DNA of 60,967 bases, counting the filler, from Asterionella formosa (taxonomy: Eukaryota): the NCBI GenBank assembly GCA_002256025.1. It is 14 parts of 14 records of this genome, joined end to end, with 100 filler letters (N's around TTAATTAATTAA, not from the genome) between each part and the next. Parts side by side here need not be neighbours in the genome. Positions count along the whole stretch, not along the records: positions 1 to 4,272 come from NKIB01013616.1; positions 4,373 to 8,644 come from NKIB01013617.1; positions 8,745 to 13,014 come from NKIB01013618.1; 11 more parts are not named here. One strand, given 5' to 3'. The notes below the pieces were generated by a model. The model searched no databases, was not told the origin of the DNA, and saw only the letters and a program-made list of their open reading frames with translations. Both the position numbers and the translations under genes were made by a program. Positions within the stretch are counted from its first letter, which is position 1, and each line of letters begins with the position of its first letter. Shown here piece by piece: positions 1-12,075 of this stretch.

Positions 1-1109
1 TTAATAAAGGAGAAGTGAATTATGGCGACTGAATAGTCATTGTAGAAACACATTAGATATGCAGCTGTGTTGAATTCTAAGTTCCTTTTATGTTCGAAAA
101 GTTTGTTCTTGTGATGATTCATGGTGAACACAAAGAAAACCGATGGCGGGGTTTTGACAAAAGCGGAAACAAAAATCATTGGCGACAGAATCAGCCTCGC
201 AAAACAATCGACTAAGAGGATGGCAATGAAGATGGAATGCAAGAGGATAAAAACGGAAGCTGATGTGAAATGAGAGATTTTGGGCGTCAGGAATTGGAAA
301 ATCACTCCAACAGCAAGCCCAGCAACAAAGGGCAAAACCGACAAAGAGGATAAGACCGTGGCGGAATTTATGGACGCGTTATCAAAAGATATGGACGAAG
401 ATGATAAGAAAGAAGAGACAGAAGTCAGAGAAAAGGAAAGGAAGCAAGAACAACAGACACTGCAATTCCCACATGACGAAAAAGACGACAATCATTCCAG
501 TACAAACCAATGAAGCAGCAGAACAAAGGACAGTGGCAATCAATACAACAGATTAATAACAAGGAAAGTTATGCGATGGAAAAGCGAGCGATGAAAGCGA
601 CAGATCCAAGAATCACTTGACCTCTATAGGCGAAAAGAGCGGCAGCATAAGCGATCAAGGAGAGGATGGGATGGGAAATCAGATGACATGTCGATCAAGC
701 ATGAGATTGGACAAGTTCAAATGGAAAGAGAAATCGAAGCATAACAAACACTTGCAGAAGCAGCGACCCTCTATATCATGCAATCAAACACAGCCGAGAA
801 ATAGCAGGACTTACTAGAGCAGGATGAGGCATTCCCACCAGTATTGTGTGGGAATTCGATGGCTGCTGAAAGAAGGGAGGAGCTCCAAGGGTGCCAACAC
901 CAGCAAACAAAGGCACGGAAAAAATGGCGACATTTGAAGGTACCGGAGCTATGCCAGAGAGCATGGGAGAAGTAGGACTGCCAATAATGCCCTGGAAATG
1001 CAAAGTGAGAGGGATTGTGCTGCCACACTCAGACTAAACTCTGCAGGCCAAGATCTTCAGCGAAAAACTAGAAAATCTATTTACACTGAAGGTAAAAGAG
1101 GACAGCTCA

Positions 1110-3490
1110 TTGAAACTACTTCCAATGGAGAAAGTGACAGGATCAAAAGATCGTAAAGCAGTCGTGTTTCAGATGCCACAGAATGAGAGGGGTGAAAGTG
1201 TCAAGGTAACAGAGGGCACAAAAAGACCTACATTGATGCATATCTACATCATGTCAAGTCGCTCCATAGCTTCCGATCATAAAATAAAAAGAGAAGTGCC
1301 AATGCTTCTGAAATACAACATGCAAAGTTTGGATGAGGTACAACTTGGATGGCTCTTTGGCAAAAGCAGTTTTGCGGTATCTGCAGAAGGCACCAAAAGA
1401 TGGATTGAATTGCTGCTGGGTCAGGAAAAAGCAAGTGGATTTCCAGGTCAGGAGTCAAGGAATCAAATTCTCTCAATTTGGCATTGAAACAAAGACATTT
1501 GCATAAGTAGTAAGAGCCAGCAGGGAGACCTCCCAGCCAATGTACCAAGAATTGACACAGGCCCTTCCGATTTGATCAGATTACACAGTAGGATTTGTTG
1601 GGTACCAGGCTCAAAATTTTGCAGCAACTCAAGATGTCAAATGCTTCAACCAATACTACATCCAGCAAAAATAGCTGACAACTATACTCAGAAAAAACTG
1701 ACGTCTGCTGGGTTTAGCGACATAGATACCAAGCTTGTTTTAGAAGGTGAATCTACAACATTCTGTCACAATATGATGGGAGCAGTTGACTCCACTGGGA
1801 ATTGTCTGTTATGCAATGCCAATTACACAGCCATGGGAGTGCCAATTATAATATACCCAACATCAAATGAATTACTAGCATTGAAAAGAGCAAGCGAGTT
1901 GTTCAACAAGCTAATTATACAAGAATTCCAAGGGGAGGCACCACCAACCTACTCTATGACAGGTGTCCAAGCAAAGACTAGTTGAAACATATGGCGCCTC
2001 TTCTAGCGCACTCCATTACTGCCCTGGAATGACTGTTCAAGATCTTTCTTGCGCCGCTTGTTTGTGTATTATTCTGCTGTATAAATCCTGTCTATTTCCG
2101 CTTAGACATGATTCCTCAGACTACATCTAGTCTTTGGACACCTGTTGACATCAACAGCCTAACAGAAACACTCTCCACAAGTGATATCCCATCATAATTT
2201 AAAAACCAGGAGGAACTTCTATGACCACATTGACCAGCAAATGGTGTGGGAGAGCAGAAAAGGAAGCAGGTCAGGATCCTACTGGGATGGGAAGATGAAG
2301 TAACCTAGTCTTACAGGGGAAAACAGGAAAGTAATTTGTTGCAATATCAGCATATAGAGTCGTGTTCAATTTATCTATGTCACAACATATCATCAAGAAC
2401 ATATGATAATGTCAAGAAATGGAAACATCCATCCAAGAAAACCCCAGGAAACAATTCATCACGGAGATCATTCAATTCATACAACACCAACAAACTCTAG
2501 GGAGAGAGATTTTGCTGATGCNNNNNNNNNNNNNNNNNNNNNNNNNNNNNNNNNNNNNNNNNNNNNNNNNNNNNNNNNNNNNNNNNNNNNNNNNNNNNNN
2601 NNNNNNNNNNNNNNNNNNNNNNNNNNNNNNNNNNNNNNNNNNNNNNNNNNNNNNNNNNNNNNNNNNNNNNNNNNNNNNNNNNNNNNNNNNNNNNNNNNNN
2701 NNNNNNNNNNNNNNNNNNNNNNNNNNNNNNNNNNNNNNNNNNNNNNNNNNNNNNNNNNNNNNNNNNNNNNNNNNNNNNNNNNNNNNNNNNNNNNNNNNNN
2801 NNNNNNNNNNNNNNNNNNNNNNNNNNNNNNNNNNNNNNNNNNNNNNNNNNNNNNNNNNNNNNNNNNNNNNNNNNNNNNNNNNNNNNNNNNNNNNNNNNNN
2901 NNNNNNNNNNNNNNNNNNNNNNNNNNNNNNNNNNNNNNNNNNNNNNNNAAGCACTATATGTGGATTTTGATGCAGCCATATTATTTGGAGCCCATCAATT
3001 GACAGTGGCATCAGCAAAGAACAGATCATTTTTTTCAAACAAACCAGCGGAATGTACCAATCCTTGACAGCAGTAAAGAAGTACTGGTACTCTCACAACA
3101 TCCAGGAACAAATTGATACACTTCATGAAAGCATGGCCACCAGAGAAGTTGCGGAAGTAAAGCAGGACTGGGAAAGTCTAGATCATGACAACGGCAGGGC
3201 GATACAACTAGGAGAAAAAGCTATAAAGAAACCACCCAGGGTGTATGCATGATCAAAGGCATTGCGCAGGGCAGCATAGTATGCAAGACTATATTGGAGG
3301 AAACTACCCAAGGAGGCTATCCTAGCACATTCAGAAACATTATGGTTAATAAGACATTCTTTTAAGAAAGTCTACGGCATTTCAGCGGGTCACTACAAAG
3401 GCAGTGAGAAGAAGGAACCATTGGCAAGCACCAGCAAAGGCAGTGGAGCATCACCAGCAGTTTGGCTCTCAATTTGCATAGTGCTCATAA
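1110..3490 (+). mobile_element. Degenerate non-LTR retrotransposon (diatom LINE type): ORF1-like remnants, APE endonuclease and RT fragments
   Basis: From 2203: KPGGTSMTTLTSKWCGR...DPTGMGR*SNLVLQGKTGK*FVAISAYRV. From 2419: NPRKQFITEIIQFI. About 2951: ALYVDFDAAILFG (end of the endonuclease). About 3373-3490: YGISAGHY...SKGSGASPAVWL, resembling the RT GxGQGSGASP motif. Stops, frameshifts and a large internal deletion. Confidence 0.75.
1991..2175 (-). repeat. Dispersed repeat (possibly LTR-derived) inserted into the LINE relic; second copy at 53494-53675
   Basis: The reverse complement aligns over ~180 bp with 53494-53675 (agagtgtttctgttaggctgttgatgtc.acaggtgtcc.aagactagatgtagtctgaggaat...). 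Confidence 0.85.
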
Positions 3491-4271
3491 CCTTGGTCTC
3501 GTGATAATTCTTATCAATTACATTGTCGCTAACCACCGTCAGGAAAAGGTCATAATGTTTAATGCCTGGAAAGGTGTCTTGAACTAAGGAAAGTAAGTGA
3601 TATTTTGCTTTATGCATAATTCCTGCATTCCTTTGTAGACCCGCCAAGATAATTGCATTCGGTCTTGTCCCATGTGGGACCACAGAATCAAATAAATTGA
3701 CGCCATCATGATCCATTATATTTAAGAGAATCTCTCCAACTGTTGTATTAAAGCTTGCTTCAAGCATCACTTTGCTTGGTAAGTCACCACTTCCTGTAGG
3801 CTTCGTAAATTTCAGGGAATTACCAGTAAGAGTTGTCGTTCAAATGCTAATTGTCTTGAAATGAATTTATCATTAGCTGTTGCGGAACTTTTTAACATAC
3901 CATTGGGAAAAAGCGGAGTAATGGCTGAGTCAAATCTTTATTTGCTGTATCTGTGCCATAAAGCTTCAAGAGGTTTCACATACCTCTGGATAATCCTCCT
4001 TTTTACATCGGAGAGTTGGAGCACAGGCGGATTTGTGGGATTCCGGGGACCCATGTATCTTTGACCAACTAGCTTGGACTTGGATTAGTTTCCCCTGTAG
4101 ATGATTTGCCATTTTTGATGTGATGTGATCCGCCAACATATTCCGGTTTTCTTGTGCCATTGTACCATATAGAACTCCTGCCATGAACACTTGAGAAACC
4201 CCAAATGGCAGCTGAAGAACCTTGTGCATATAATGTAATTTTTTAAGCTTTGCGTGAGTAAGTAGATCCAA
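3491..4271 (-). pseudogene. Broken ORF, possibly LINE ORF1-like, opposite in orientation to the first relic
   Basis: Two adjacent minus-strand ORF pieces (3966-4271, 3393-3770) with protein-like composition that abut the RT fragment. No diagnostic motif. Confidence 0.3.
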
Positions 4272-4779
4272 CNNNNNNNNNNNNNNNNNNNNNNNNNNNN
4301 NNNNNNNNNNNNNNNNTTAATTAATTAANNNNNNNNNNNNNNNNNNNNNNNNNNNNNNNNNNNNNNNNNNNNAAAAAGACAATGAGCAAAAGTGCCAATG
4401 AATCAAAGCCGCTTCTGGATAAAATATATGCAAGGTGAAAAAATCAAGGCACACTTAGAAAGCCTTGAGTGTGGCTTTGTCAATGCCTGGCAGGAAAAAC
4501 TAGACAACATCCCCTTCCATATATATTGCATGAAGGAACCAGGCTAAATGATGTCTCTAATGTCTAAATAAGGGAATTTAGAGCCAATTGGCAAGGTTTC
4601 AATGAGAGAGGGGGTTACAATGAACTAATCAACAAAAAAGTTTACATATACTGAGCTTATCCACAACCACTACAAGTTTTGGCATGCTGTTGACCACCAT
4701 CATGCCAAGAGGCATTCCCCAATCAGTTTGAAGGTGGTTTGGGCGATTAAATGATGAACAAATAGAGTGTTTGCATTAA

Positions 4780-5600
4780 TCCTGTCAGTCACAGAAAGAA
4801 ATGACATACTGGTGTGATATAAGCACTTCTGCAAGAAGGAGGTTGACAAATATATCATCCTCAAGCTTCTTCACAGGAGTTTGTATATTAGTGACATATC
4901 CAATTCATCCAAATTGAACCAACTTTTCATGGATTCTGGGTTGCTTCCCATATACCGGTGCCCATGAAACTTTATACTTCTTGAATTTGAAAACATGATT
5001 CATCACAGCTTCTGTTACATACACAAAGTGACAAACTTGAATAAGTCAACAATAACCATTTGTCTACTGAGTTATATTTGGTAGTACCATGTGTTATTAG
5101 ATCACCTAATTACTCACAGTACTAGAAGTCAAATTCTCGACATTTTCACCAGATTTGCCATTGTTGTAGATACATAATAAGATAGATTGCTGTGAATCAT
5201 AGCTTGATAAGCACTTCATTTCCTTTGTTGCAGTGCACTCTTGTTTGGGTTTAGGGTGATTCTTTGTGACATACCCAGTCTGTTTGTTGCAATTGAAACA
5301 GCACTTGACGCTTTTCAGACAAGGAGGCCTTTCTCCAACACTGGTGGTCATGTTCCTGACTCAAATCATTTGAGGAACTCTAATTTATTGGCGTTAAGAA
5401 CCTCTAGCTTTATGGAGGGCATAGCCTTGATGACCACCATAAGCACTGCTCAAACTGTGTGGTTGATGTGAGCTTGGTACCCCCAAAGTTGACTCACCTG
5501 ACTGTGAGTCATAACATAGTAGTAGGATGCAGTCCCTTTCCACTTGACAGAGCCTTTTCACAACAATTTGGCTCACAAACAATAACAACTGTTTTAATGC
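4780..5600 (-). mobile_element. Highly degraded Copia-like gag/pol remnant
   Basis: Zn-knuckle-like CFNCNKQTGYVTKNHP in ORF 5106-5351. Downstream IFVNLLLAEVL is weakly similar to the post-protease region of Copia. Confidence 0.35.
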
Positions 5601-5678
5601 TTCAAAACCTTCAACTAAATGGATAATTACTGATAGACTAACTAGAAGACTCCTATTCTCAAACTATTGGGACCCTTT

Positions 5679-8069
5679 TTAGTTTGGCTGCTCCAAGGCT
5701 TTGAGCAGCATTCGTCGCTTCTCTGAATCCCCAAAGGTGGCCCGAATCAACTTTGACAGTTCTGGTCCAGTGACACTGGCAAACACCCCTTGACTCAAGG
5801 CCACATGGACATCAACTAAGCTCATATCCATGAAGCGTCCAACAGCTGAAAAGCGGTCCCAGTCCTTGGTGGTTGGCACCATGCGCAAAACACTCTGCAT
5901 GGCAATAGAGGTAAGGGAACTGAGAAAGCTACAGGCCGACTCGCTGATATCTGTAGCACTTAAAATTTGTTCCAAGAACATGCCAAAAACAAAGTCCACC
6001 AAAAATCCAATAGAGGTGCAAAATACATCGGTTGACAAGATAGGCTTCCATGCATGTGATAAGTGCTGTAAGTGGTGTAAACCAGCCTTCATGGCTGTCT
6101 CAGCGTCAGTCCATTCCATCAATGACTCATTGGATTCAAGGGCTCGACCCAAGAGGGTGACACGGACTCCAACCAATTCCCATAATTGATCACGCTGTCC
6201 CTCCAACATATCGCCCATGGCCTTGTCGGCGAGTTCTCTAAAGGGTGGGACCATGTCAACAAAGATGCAAGCTTCTCGTAGGAGTCGCCCCCTCTCGTCA
6301 GTTGTTTCTGGAAAACGTTCCTTGTATTCAAGGCCTAGAGTCAAGCAGTGATGAGCAAGAAATACACAATCATTGTGCAATACGGCAGCTGTCCTTGGAA
6401 GGGATTTGATTTCGGCAGCATGAGTTGATGGAATAATGGCCCGGAACAAGTCGAGCATGTCTCGTGAAGTTCTGTACAAGACTGCAGATAACATGGACTC
6501 GCTGTAGTGTGCTACAGCTTCATCCATGGTACGACGGATCAGTTCCATAACTTTTTGGGCAGTATCCGAGACGGCACTTTTATGCAGCTTGAAGATTGAT
6601 AAATCAGGGGTACTTTCTGGAATTATGCTGTCTTTGTCAGGCTTTGAAACGTCTTCTCCAACTTGTGAGGTATTGTGGTAGTCATTCTGAACAAGAATAT
6701 TGCGTACTTCATTCAAAATGTGTAGCCTTCGCTTTTCCATGTACTTTTGCTCAAAATTGTTCGAAAAATCGTTGAGTGGGGTATCTGATTCAGCGAACCC
6801 AAGAGTCACGAGTTCCTCTTCAAAGGGAAGGAGCAACGAACGAAGTGACTTGCCCTTGTCCTGAAGATTCCCGAAAGCATCCGGTTCAATGTATACAGGA
6901 ATGCAGGTGTTCCAAAGCAAATCAATCATTGGTTTCATAAGGCGCCCCGATTCATCGAGAAGGTGGGATTCTAATCCCAGATTCTTCAAGTCCAAGCCAT
7001 GCACTACTGGACCTGATCTGCCAAACAAGCGTTGTCCCATGATGCGGCACAGCGACTGTCGTTCCAACAGTACGTGTTTTTGCACAAATACAAGTACACG
7101 TGAATAAAATTGTACAATGGACTTCCACTGGTGTATGTATTCTTCGTCTCGGTCCGTAGCGACCTTTGAGTTACTTTTCTCCTTGCTCCACTCCAAAATA
7201 AATTTGGTTCCTTTCCCGTTGGTCAATGTACTTGATTCCGCACGTTCGTTGAGCACCATAGTGACAAAGGCACCATGCTGTAAGCTCGTCAACAGTGGCT
7301 CCAGAATCGTTTTTAATAATTGATCCGTAATGGTAATGATGGTTGGTTCCAAGGCATCGACTGCCTCCGAGAGGGCTTGCAAGATATCCAAGGCTTCCCC
7401 GTCACCTCTAACAGTCAATGTCGATTCCGTCAACTCCATGGTCGTCTCCAATAGTTGTTTCGCCTTGTATACAAGTTCTATGCGTTTGCGACGAAGCGTT
7501 GTATTAATCGAGTCAAGGATGCGATAGGCTCCCTGTAAAGCAGGCGACGGGGCCTCGGTCTGCTGTTGCTGTGCTTCTTCCTTGGCAACAATGTCCTGAG
7601 CAAGTTCCAACGCCAGTTTGGCCTGTACCAGCATGGCCGCAGCTTCCGTCGAAGAGAGAGCTGCAGCTTGATCAAGAGCAGTCTTGGCGAGCGATGCTTG
7701 ACGAAGAAAGGCAATGCGTGCCTTGAGCCCATGCACTTCTAGCGCGAGTGCTTCGGGCGACGAGGGCACACAACATGGAGTTTCTCCGGCATCGCTAGGA
7801 GAGTTCTGGCTCTCGGTTGCGACTACCAGACTCTCCAGTTCCTGTTCGATCTCGTTGAGCTTGTCTTGAATCTGTCGTTCCACGACCTTTGCGTCTTGGC
7901 CGAAGAGCGTCATGCCGAGGGCGAAGGATTGATTGGGGTCTCTGTTCTCTTGCTGTTGCATTGTCAGGACATCTTCGTTCGCCGAACCTTGCAAGGCTTC
8001 CTCAGTCGCTTTGCGGAGGGCGAGTTTCACCTTGTTGAGTCGTTGTTCCGTGGTCATGGCAGAGTTCAT
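5679..8069 (-). CDS. ZW10: Centromere/kinetochore protein ZW10 homolog (RZZ/NRZ tethering complex subunit)
   Basis: Intact 796-aa helical ORF ending TAA. C-terminal AAVLHNDCVFLAHHCLTLG, ILSATDISESAC and ELSKLIRATFGDSEKRR match ZW10 C-terminal motifs. Confidence 0.85.
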   Translation of the reverse strand: MNSAMTTEQRLNKVKLALRKATEEALQGSANEDVLTMQQQENRDPNQSFALGMTLFGQDAKVVERQIQDKLNEIEQELESLVVATESQNSPSDAGETPCCVPSSPEALALEVHGLKARIAFLRQASLAKTALDQAAALSSTEAAAMLVQAKLALELAQDIVAKEEAQQQQTEAPSPALQGAYRILDSINTTLRRKRIELVYKAKQLLETTMELTESTLTVRGDGEALDILQALSEAVDALEPTIITITDQLLKTILEPLLTSLQHGAFVTMVLNERAESSTLTNGKGTKFILEWSKEKSNSKVATDRDEEYIHQWKSIVQFYSRVLVFVQKHVLLERQSLCRIMGQRLFGRSGPVVHGLDLKNLGLESHLLDESGRLMKPMIDLLWNTCIPVYIEPDAFGNLQDKGKSLRSLLLPFEEELVTLGFAESDTPLNDFSNNFEQKYMEKRRLHILNEVRNILVQNDYHNTSQVGEDVSKPDKDSIIPESTPDLSIFKLHKSAVSDTAQKVMELIRRTMDEAVAHYSESMLSAVLYRTSRDMLDLFRAIIPSTHAAEIKSLPRTAAVLHNDCVFLAHHCLTLGLEYKERFPETTDERGRLLREACIFVDMVPPFRELADKAMGDMLEGQRDQLWELVGVRVTLLGRALESNESLMEWTDAETAMKAGLHHLQHLSHAWKPILSTDVFCTSIGFLVDFVFGMFLEQILSATDISESACSFLSSLTSIAMQSVLRMVPTTKDWDRFSAVGRFMDMSLVDVHVALSQGVFASVTGPELSKLIRATFGDSEKRRMLLKALEQPN

Positions 8070-9137
8070 AGCGGCAACTAACTGTCATCAAGACACAAAA
8101 AGTCGACGGCAAATTAATGAAAGGCTATGATATAGAATTTGAATATTAGTACGGTATTTATTTTGCTTTTATTTAAATATATTCATATATTAATATTTTT
8201 ATTTAACATTTTACATTACCATCATAAAAGTACATTTAGTACGTAATGATCCAATGTTGGCATGCCGGTGTACGACATTCAAATATTGATGCATAATGCA
8301 TACCTTTCAGGTTTCATAATGATTCGAAATGAGGGGTTGATTGCTGTAATTTCGATTTTCAACTTCTTCACCTCAAGACAAATCTTAACAGCATTCCAGA
8401 CTGAAGCTTTCTTCATTTGCCAAGAGGTGAAGAAGTAGAAATTTTCAAGAAGTTGCGGTGATTTTATAATTTCGGAGATTCACCACTCATATATTGCTTC
8501 TCATGTCGCAACCTTTTTCGTAGGCTTTGTTCTCCCACTGATAACAACATGGTAAAGCTAGTGCATATGCATAGAGAATTAAATAAAACCTATTTTCTAG
8601 CCCATTTGTACTCCCCTATTTCCAGGCAAGTATTCATTGTCCTANNNNNNNNNNNNNNNNNNNNNNNNNNNNNNNNNNNNNNNNNNNNTTAATTAATTAA
8701 NNNNNNNNNNNNNNNNNNNNNNNNNNNNNNNNNNNNNNNNNNNNTTAATATGATCGCTAACCTACGTACCGGTATGACTGGTACCCTGGTACAACCAAGT
8801 AACTCGTAGACTACCGGTACATCCGAAGTCTATATACTGGTACAAATGTGATCATTCAATTCCTGATGTAAGTTGATCATGTGCGTGTTCAGCAGACTTC
8901 CGGAGTACCTGGTACCCTGGTACCAGGCATACATAGCAAGTTTAGTTAGAGTGCACACCAGCTAAAATATTATTGGCCTACATGTGATATTAGGTACCAC
9001 AGGTACCACCGGCGACAAATACGTTATTCTTGTCTATCGTGATGTTTTACACCATGCGGAGCCTTCCTTGCTTCATGTTCATGTCAAAATAATCTACCGG
9101 TACTAGTATATTGCGAACAAATTGAATTGTAGCAACA

Positions 9138-9885
9138 ATGGCAAAAAAAGAAACCCAAAAGCAACGCGACTATGACTATCTCTTCAAGCTTGTCTTGATT
9201 GGAGATAGTGGCGTGGGAAAATCCTGTCTATTGCTACGATTTGCGGTACGTACGATCAATGGAAGCTGATTATTGATCAGTTGTCACGCCAATGACAAGA
9301 ACGAATCACTACTACTATCCATGTTCCATCTAACAGACGGCTTTCTTACATTTCTGTCAGGACGACGCGTTTACTGAATCCTATATTTCAACGATTGGCG
9401 TTGACTTTCGTTTCCGGACCGTCAAGATTGACAAGAAGACAGTCAAACTTCAGATTTGGGATACTGCAGGTCAAGAACGCTTCCGCACTATTACGTCCGC
9501 CTATTACAGAGGTGCGGATGGGATCATCATGGTGTACGATGTAACCTCGATGGAATCATTTGATCACGTGAACGATTGGTTAAAAGAAGTGAATAGGTAT
9601 GCTGCCGAGGGAACTGTGAAATTGCTGGTTGGAAACAAGTCCGACCGAACAGCTGACAAGGTGGTGACGGCGGAACAAGCCAAATCATTTGCGGATGAAC
9701 TAGGAATTGCCATTTTGGAAACGTCTGCGAAGTCTGCCAAGAATGTGGAAGAAGCTTTTTTGACCATGGCTGGGGAATTGATTCGACAACGTGATACTAT
9801 GGGTGCTGGTAAAGCTGACAAGAAAGTTGGAATTGATTTGAAAGCAAATAAAAAGGCGGAGCCGATTCTGAGCAATTGTTGCTAA
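9138..9885 (+). CDS. RAB1: Rab1/Ypt1 small GTPase, 210 aa; exons 9138-9245 and 9361-9885
   Basis: [60 protein letters not shown] and a C-terminal CC prenylation site. Phase-0 intron of 115 nt (GTACGT...CTAAC...CAG, 9246-9360). Confidence 0.97.
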
Positions 9886-10192
9886 ACAAAACGATAATAG
9901 CAGAAGTTTTCTTGTTTCTTTTAAACTGATCATTTACATCCATTATTACAGCAAAGCATTCATCTCAAAAGACAACTTGTGAATAAGCAGTAGCAATTTT
10001 CATTTTGTTGACCAGGCATAGACAGATGGTATGAGCAAAGTTTATAAATATGTATTGAAAACGCGCTACCGATAATCTCATTCGCTACAACATACTCAAG
10101 TTTGTATCGGCCATGCTATACGGAGTAACATGGCACCTGGCAATAAAAATATTTCTTAGTAGGTTGTTTAATACCACGACACAGTCAACTTG

Positions 10193-10651
10193 TTAAAACT
10201 CGCTGTCAACTCCTAGTAACGGCTCGTCTGATACCGCCGCAGCCTCCATGACAGTGGTGTCGCCTGATCCCACCCTTCCCAGCGCAGTGGCTCGTATCAC
10301 AGCTGCCACTGCCCCCATCGTAGCTTCTGCTTCAGCATTGGTCCACGTGTAACAATAAATCCAAACCAGCATCGCTAGAGCAAGTGCATTGAGGACTCCC
10401 TTGAATTGCAAATCTTGCTTGTATGATTCCATGTCTGCTACTAAAATAACTTTGGCGTATAGGATAGGAATAAAAGTAATAATGTTGAGGCCAAAGACGA
10501 ATTTGACTCCACCTCTGGTCCCGCCTAAAGCAATACCAAAGGCTAATCCCAACAAGGCGCGGACCCATACAATCATGTATGGTAGTTCTGGAAAGCTTTC
10601 TGCAGTTGGCTTGGACCCAACAGCGAAGAATTTGGATATGAGGAGTTTCAT
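10193..10651 (-). CDS. Rab5ip-family small membrane protein (RAB5IF/OPTI or EMC6-like)
   Basis: 152 aa with three hydrophobic segments: IVWVRALLGLAFGIALG..RG, IITFIPILYAKVIL, GVLNALALAMLVWIYCYT. Confidence 0.7.
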   Translation of the reverse strand: MKLLISKFFAVGSKPTAESFPELPYMIVWVRALLGLAFGIALGGTRGGVKFVFGLNIITFIPILYAKVILVADMESYKQDLQFKGVLNALALAMLVWIYCYTWTNAEAEATMGAVAAVIRATALGRVGSGDTTVMEAAAVSDEPLLGVDSEF

Positions 10652-11630
10652 GATGCCAAAGTTGGAGGGAGTTTAATATGTAGTCGACAGTTGCTTTGTT
10701 TGTTGTTTGGAGAAAGAACGCCTTTGTGTTGAGCAATCAATCAATGATNNNNNNNNNNNNNNNNNNNNNNNNNNNNNNNNNNNNNNNNNNNNNNNNNNNN
10801 NNNNNNNNNNNNNNNNNNNNNNNNNNNNNNNNNNNNNNNNNNNNNNNNNNNNNNNNNNNNNNNNNNNNNNNNNNNNNNNNNNNNNNNNNNNNNNNNNNNN
10901 NNNNNNNNNNNNNNNNNNNNNNNNNNNNNNNNNNNNNNNNNNNNNNNNNNNNNNNNNNNNNNNNNNNNNNNNNNNNNNNNNNNNNNNNNNNNNNNNNNNN
11001 NNNNNNNNNNNNNNNNNNNNNNNNNNNNNNNNNNNNNNNNNNNNNNNNNNNNNNNNNNNNNNNNNNNNNNNNNNNNNNNNNNNNNNNNNNNNNNNNNNNN
11101 NNNNNNNNNNNNNNNNNNNNNNNNNNNNNNNNNNNNNNNNNNNNNNNNNNNNNNNNNNNNNNNNNNNNNNNNNNNNNNNNNNNNNNNNNNNNNNNNNNNN
11201 NNNNNNNNNNNNNNNNNNNNNNNNNNNNNNNNNNNNNNNNNNNNNNNNNNNNNNNNNNNNNNNNNNNNNNNNNNNNNNNNNNNNNNNNNNNNNNNNNNNN
11301 NNNNNNNNNNNNNNNNNNNNNNNNNNNNNNNNNNNNAAAATGAATAACCGTTATTTCACATACATACGAGCTCCTTCCGCCTGTCTGGTGTCCGATCAGT
11401 GAGTAGGTAGCGATTTTGAAGATAATCGCTCAGCACAGCACTCAACTTCACCAGCCATGAATCGACATGACAGGGGCTACCGGTCTATCATAAAAGTTCA
11501 GCAAATAAAAAAGACACCCCAAGAACGGCTAGCAGAATAATATAAAGAATATCCTTAGTTGCTTCAACACATTCCTACTATTATCTACCGACTATATAGA
11601 CAACACACAGGACTATATTTATCAGCCAAA

Positions 11631-12035
11631 ATGGATCGACGAGCTAGAGTCGCAGCCCTCGCTGCAAAAGCAGGCAGATCCATCCAACCTGCTGGCGATG
11701 GTGATACCTCCGTGCATCAACAACAGCAACAAAAACAAGTCGACGACGGTGGCATGGAGGAAGAACCAGAATCAAAACGTCCGAAACTACACCAGCAGCA
11801 GAAGAAATCAGCATTAGAAATGGCTTTAGAAGAAACAACCATTGAAGCAGCGAAAGTAGTCTCGGCAACTACAGCGGTGTGGGCACCAAAAAAAGTAAAT
11901 TGGGATTTGAAACGGGATATTCAGGAAAAGATGGAAAAATTGGAACGAAGAACACAGCGTGCCATTGTCCAATTACTCAGAGAGCGACTAGAACAGGAGG
12001 CGGCGGAAGACAACGATGTTCCGGATTTAGACTAA
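11631..12035 (+). CDS. CCDC12: Cwf18/CCDC12 pre-mRNA splicing factor
   Basis: Motif APKKVNWDLKRDIQEKMEKLERRTQRAIVQLLRERL. N-terminus MDRRARVAAL starts at ATG 11631. Confidence 0.85.
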   Translation: MDRRARVAALAAKAGRSIQPAGDGDTSVHQQQQQKQVDDGGMEEEPESKRPKLHQQQKKSALEMALEETTIEAAKVVSATTAVWAPKKVNWDLKRDIQEKMEKLERRTQRAIVQLLRERLEQEAAEDNDVPDLD

Positions 12036-12075
12036 ATCACAATAATTATATGAAAGGCACCAGTCAGTTATCAGT

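Noticed and set aside
5830..8130. Antisense and alternative-frame ORFs over ZW10 (likewise over Rab1, the PPR gene and the membrane protein)
   Set aside because: Shadow ORFs with no motifs.
9138..10651. Functional Rab1-Rab5ip gene pair
   Set aside because: Convergent neighbours in a gene-dense contig. The family name does not imply a functional link.
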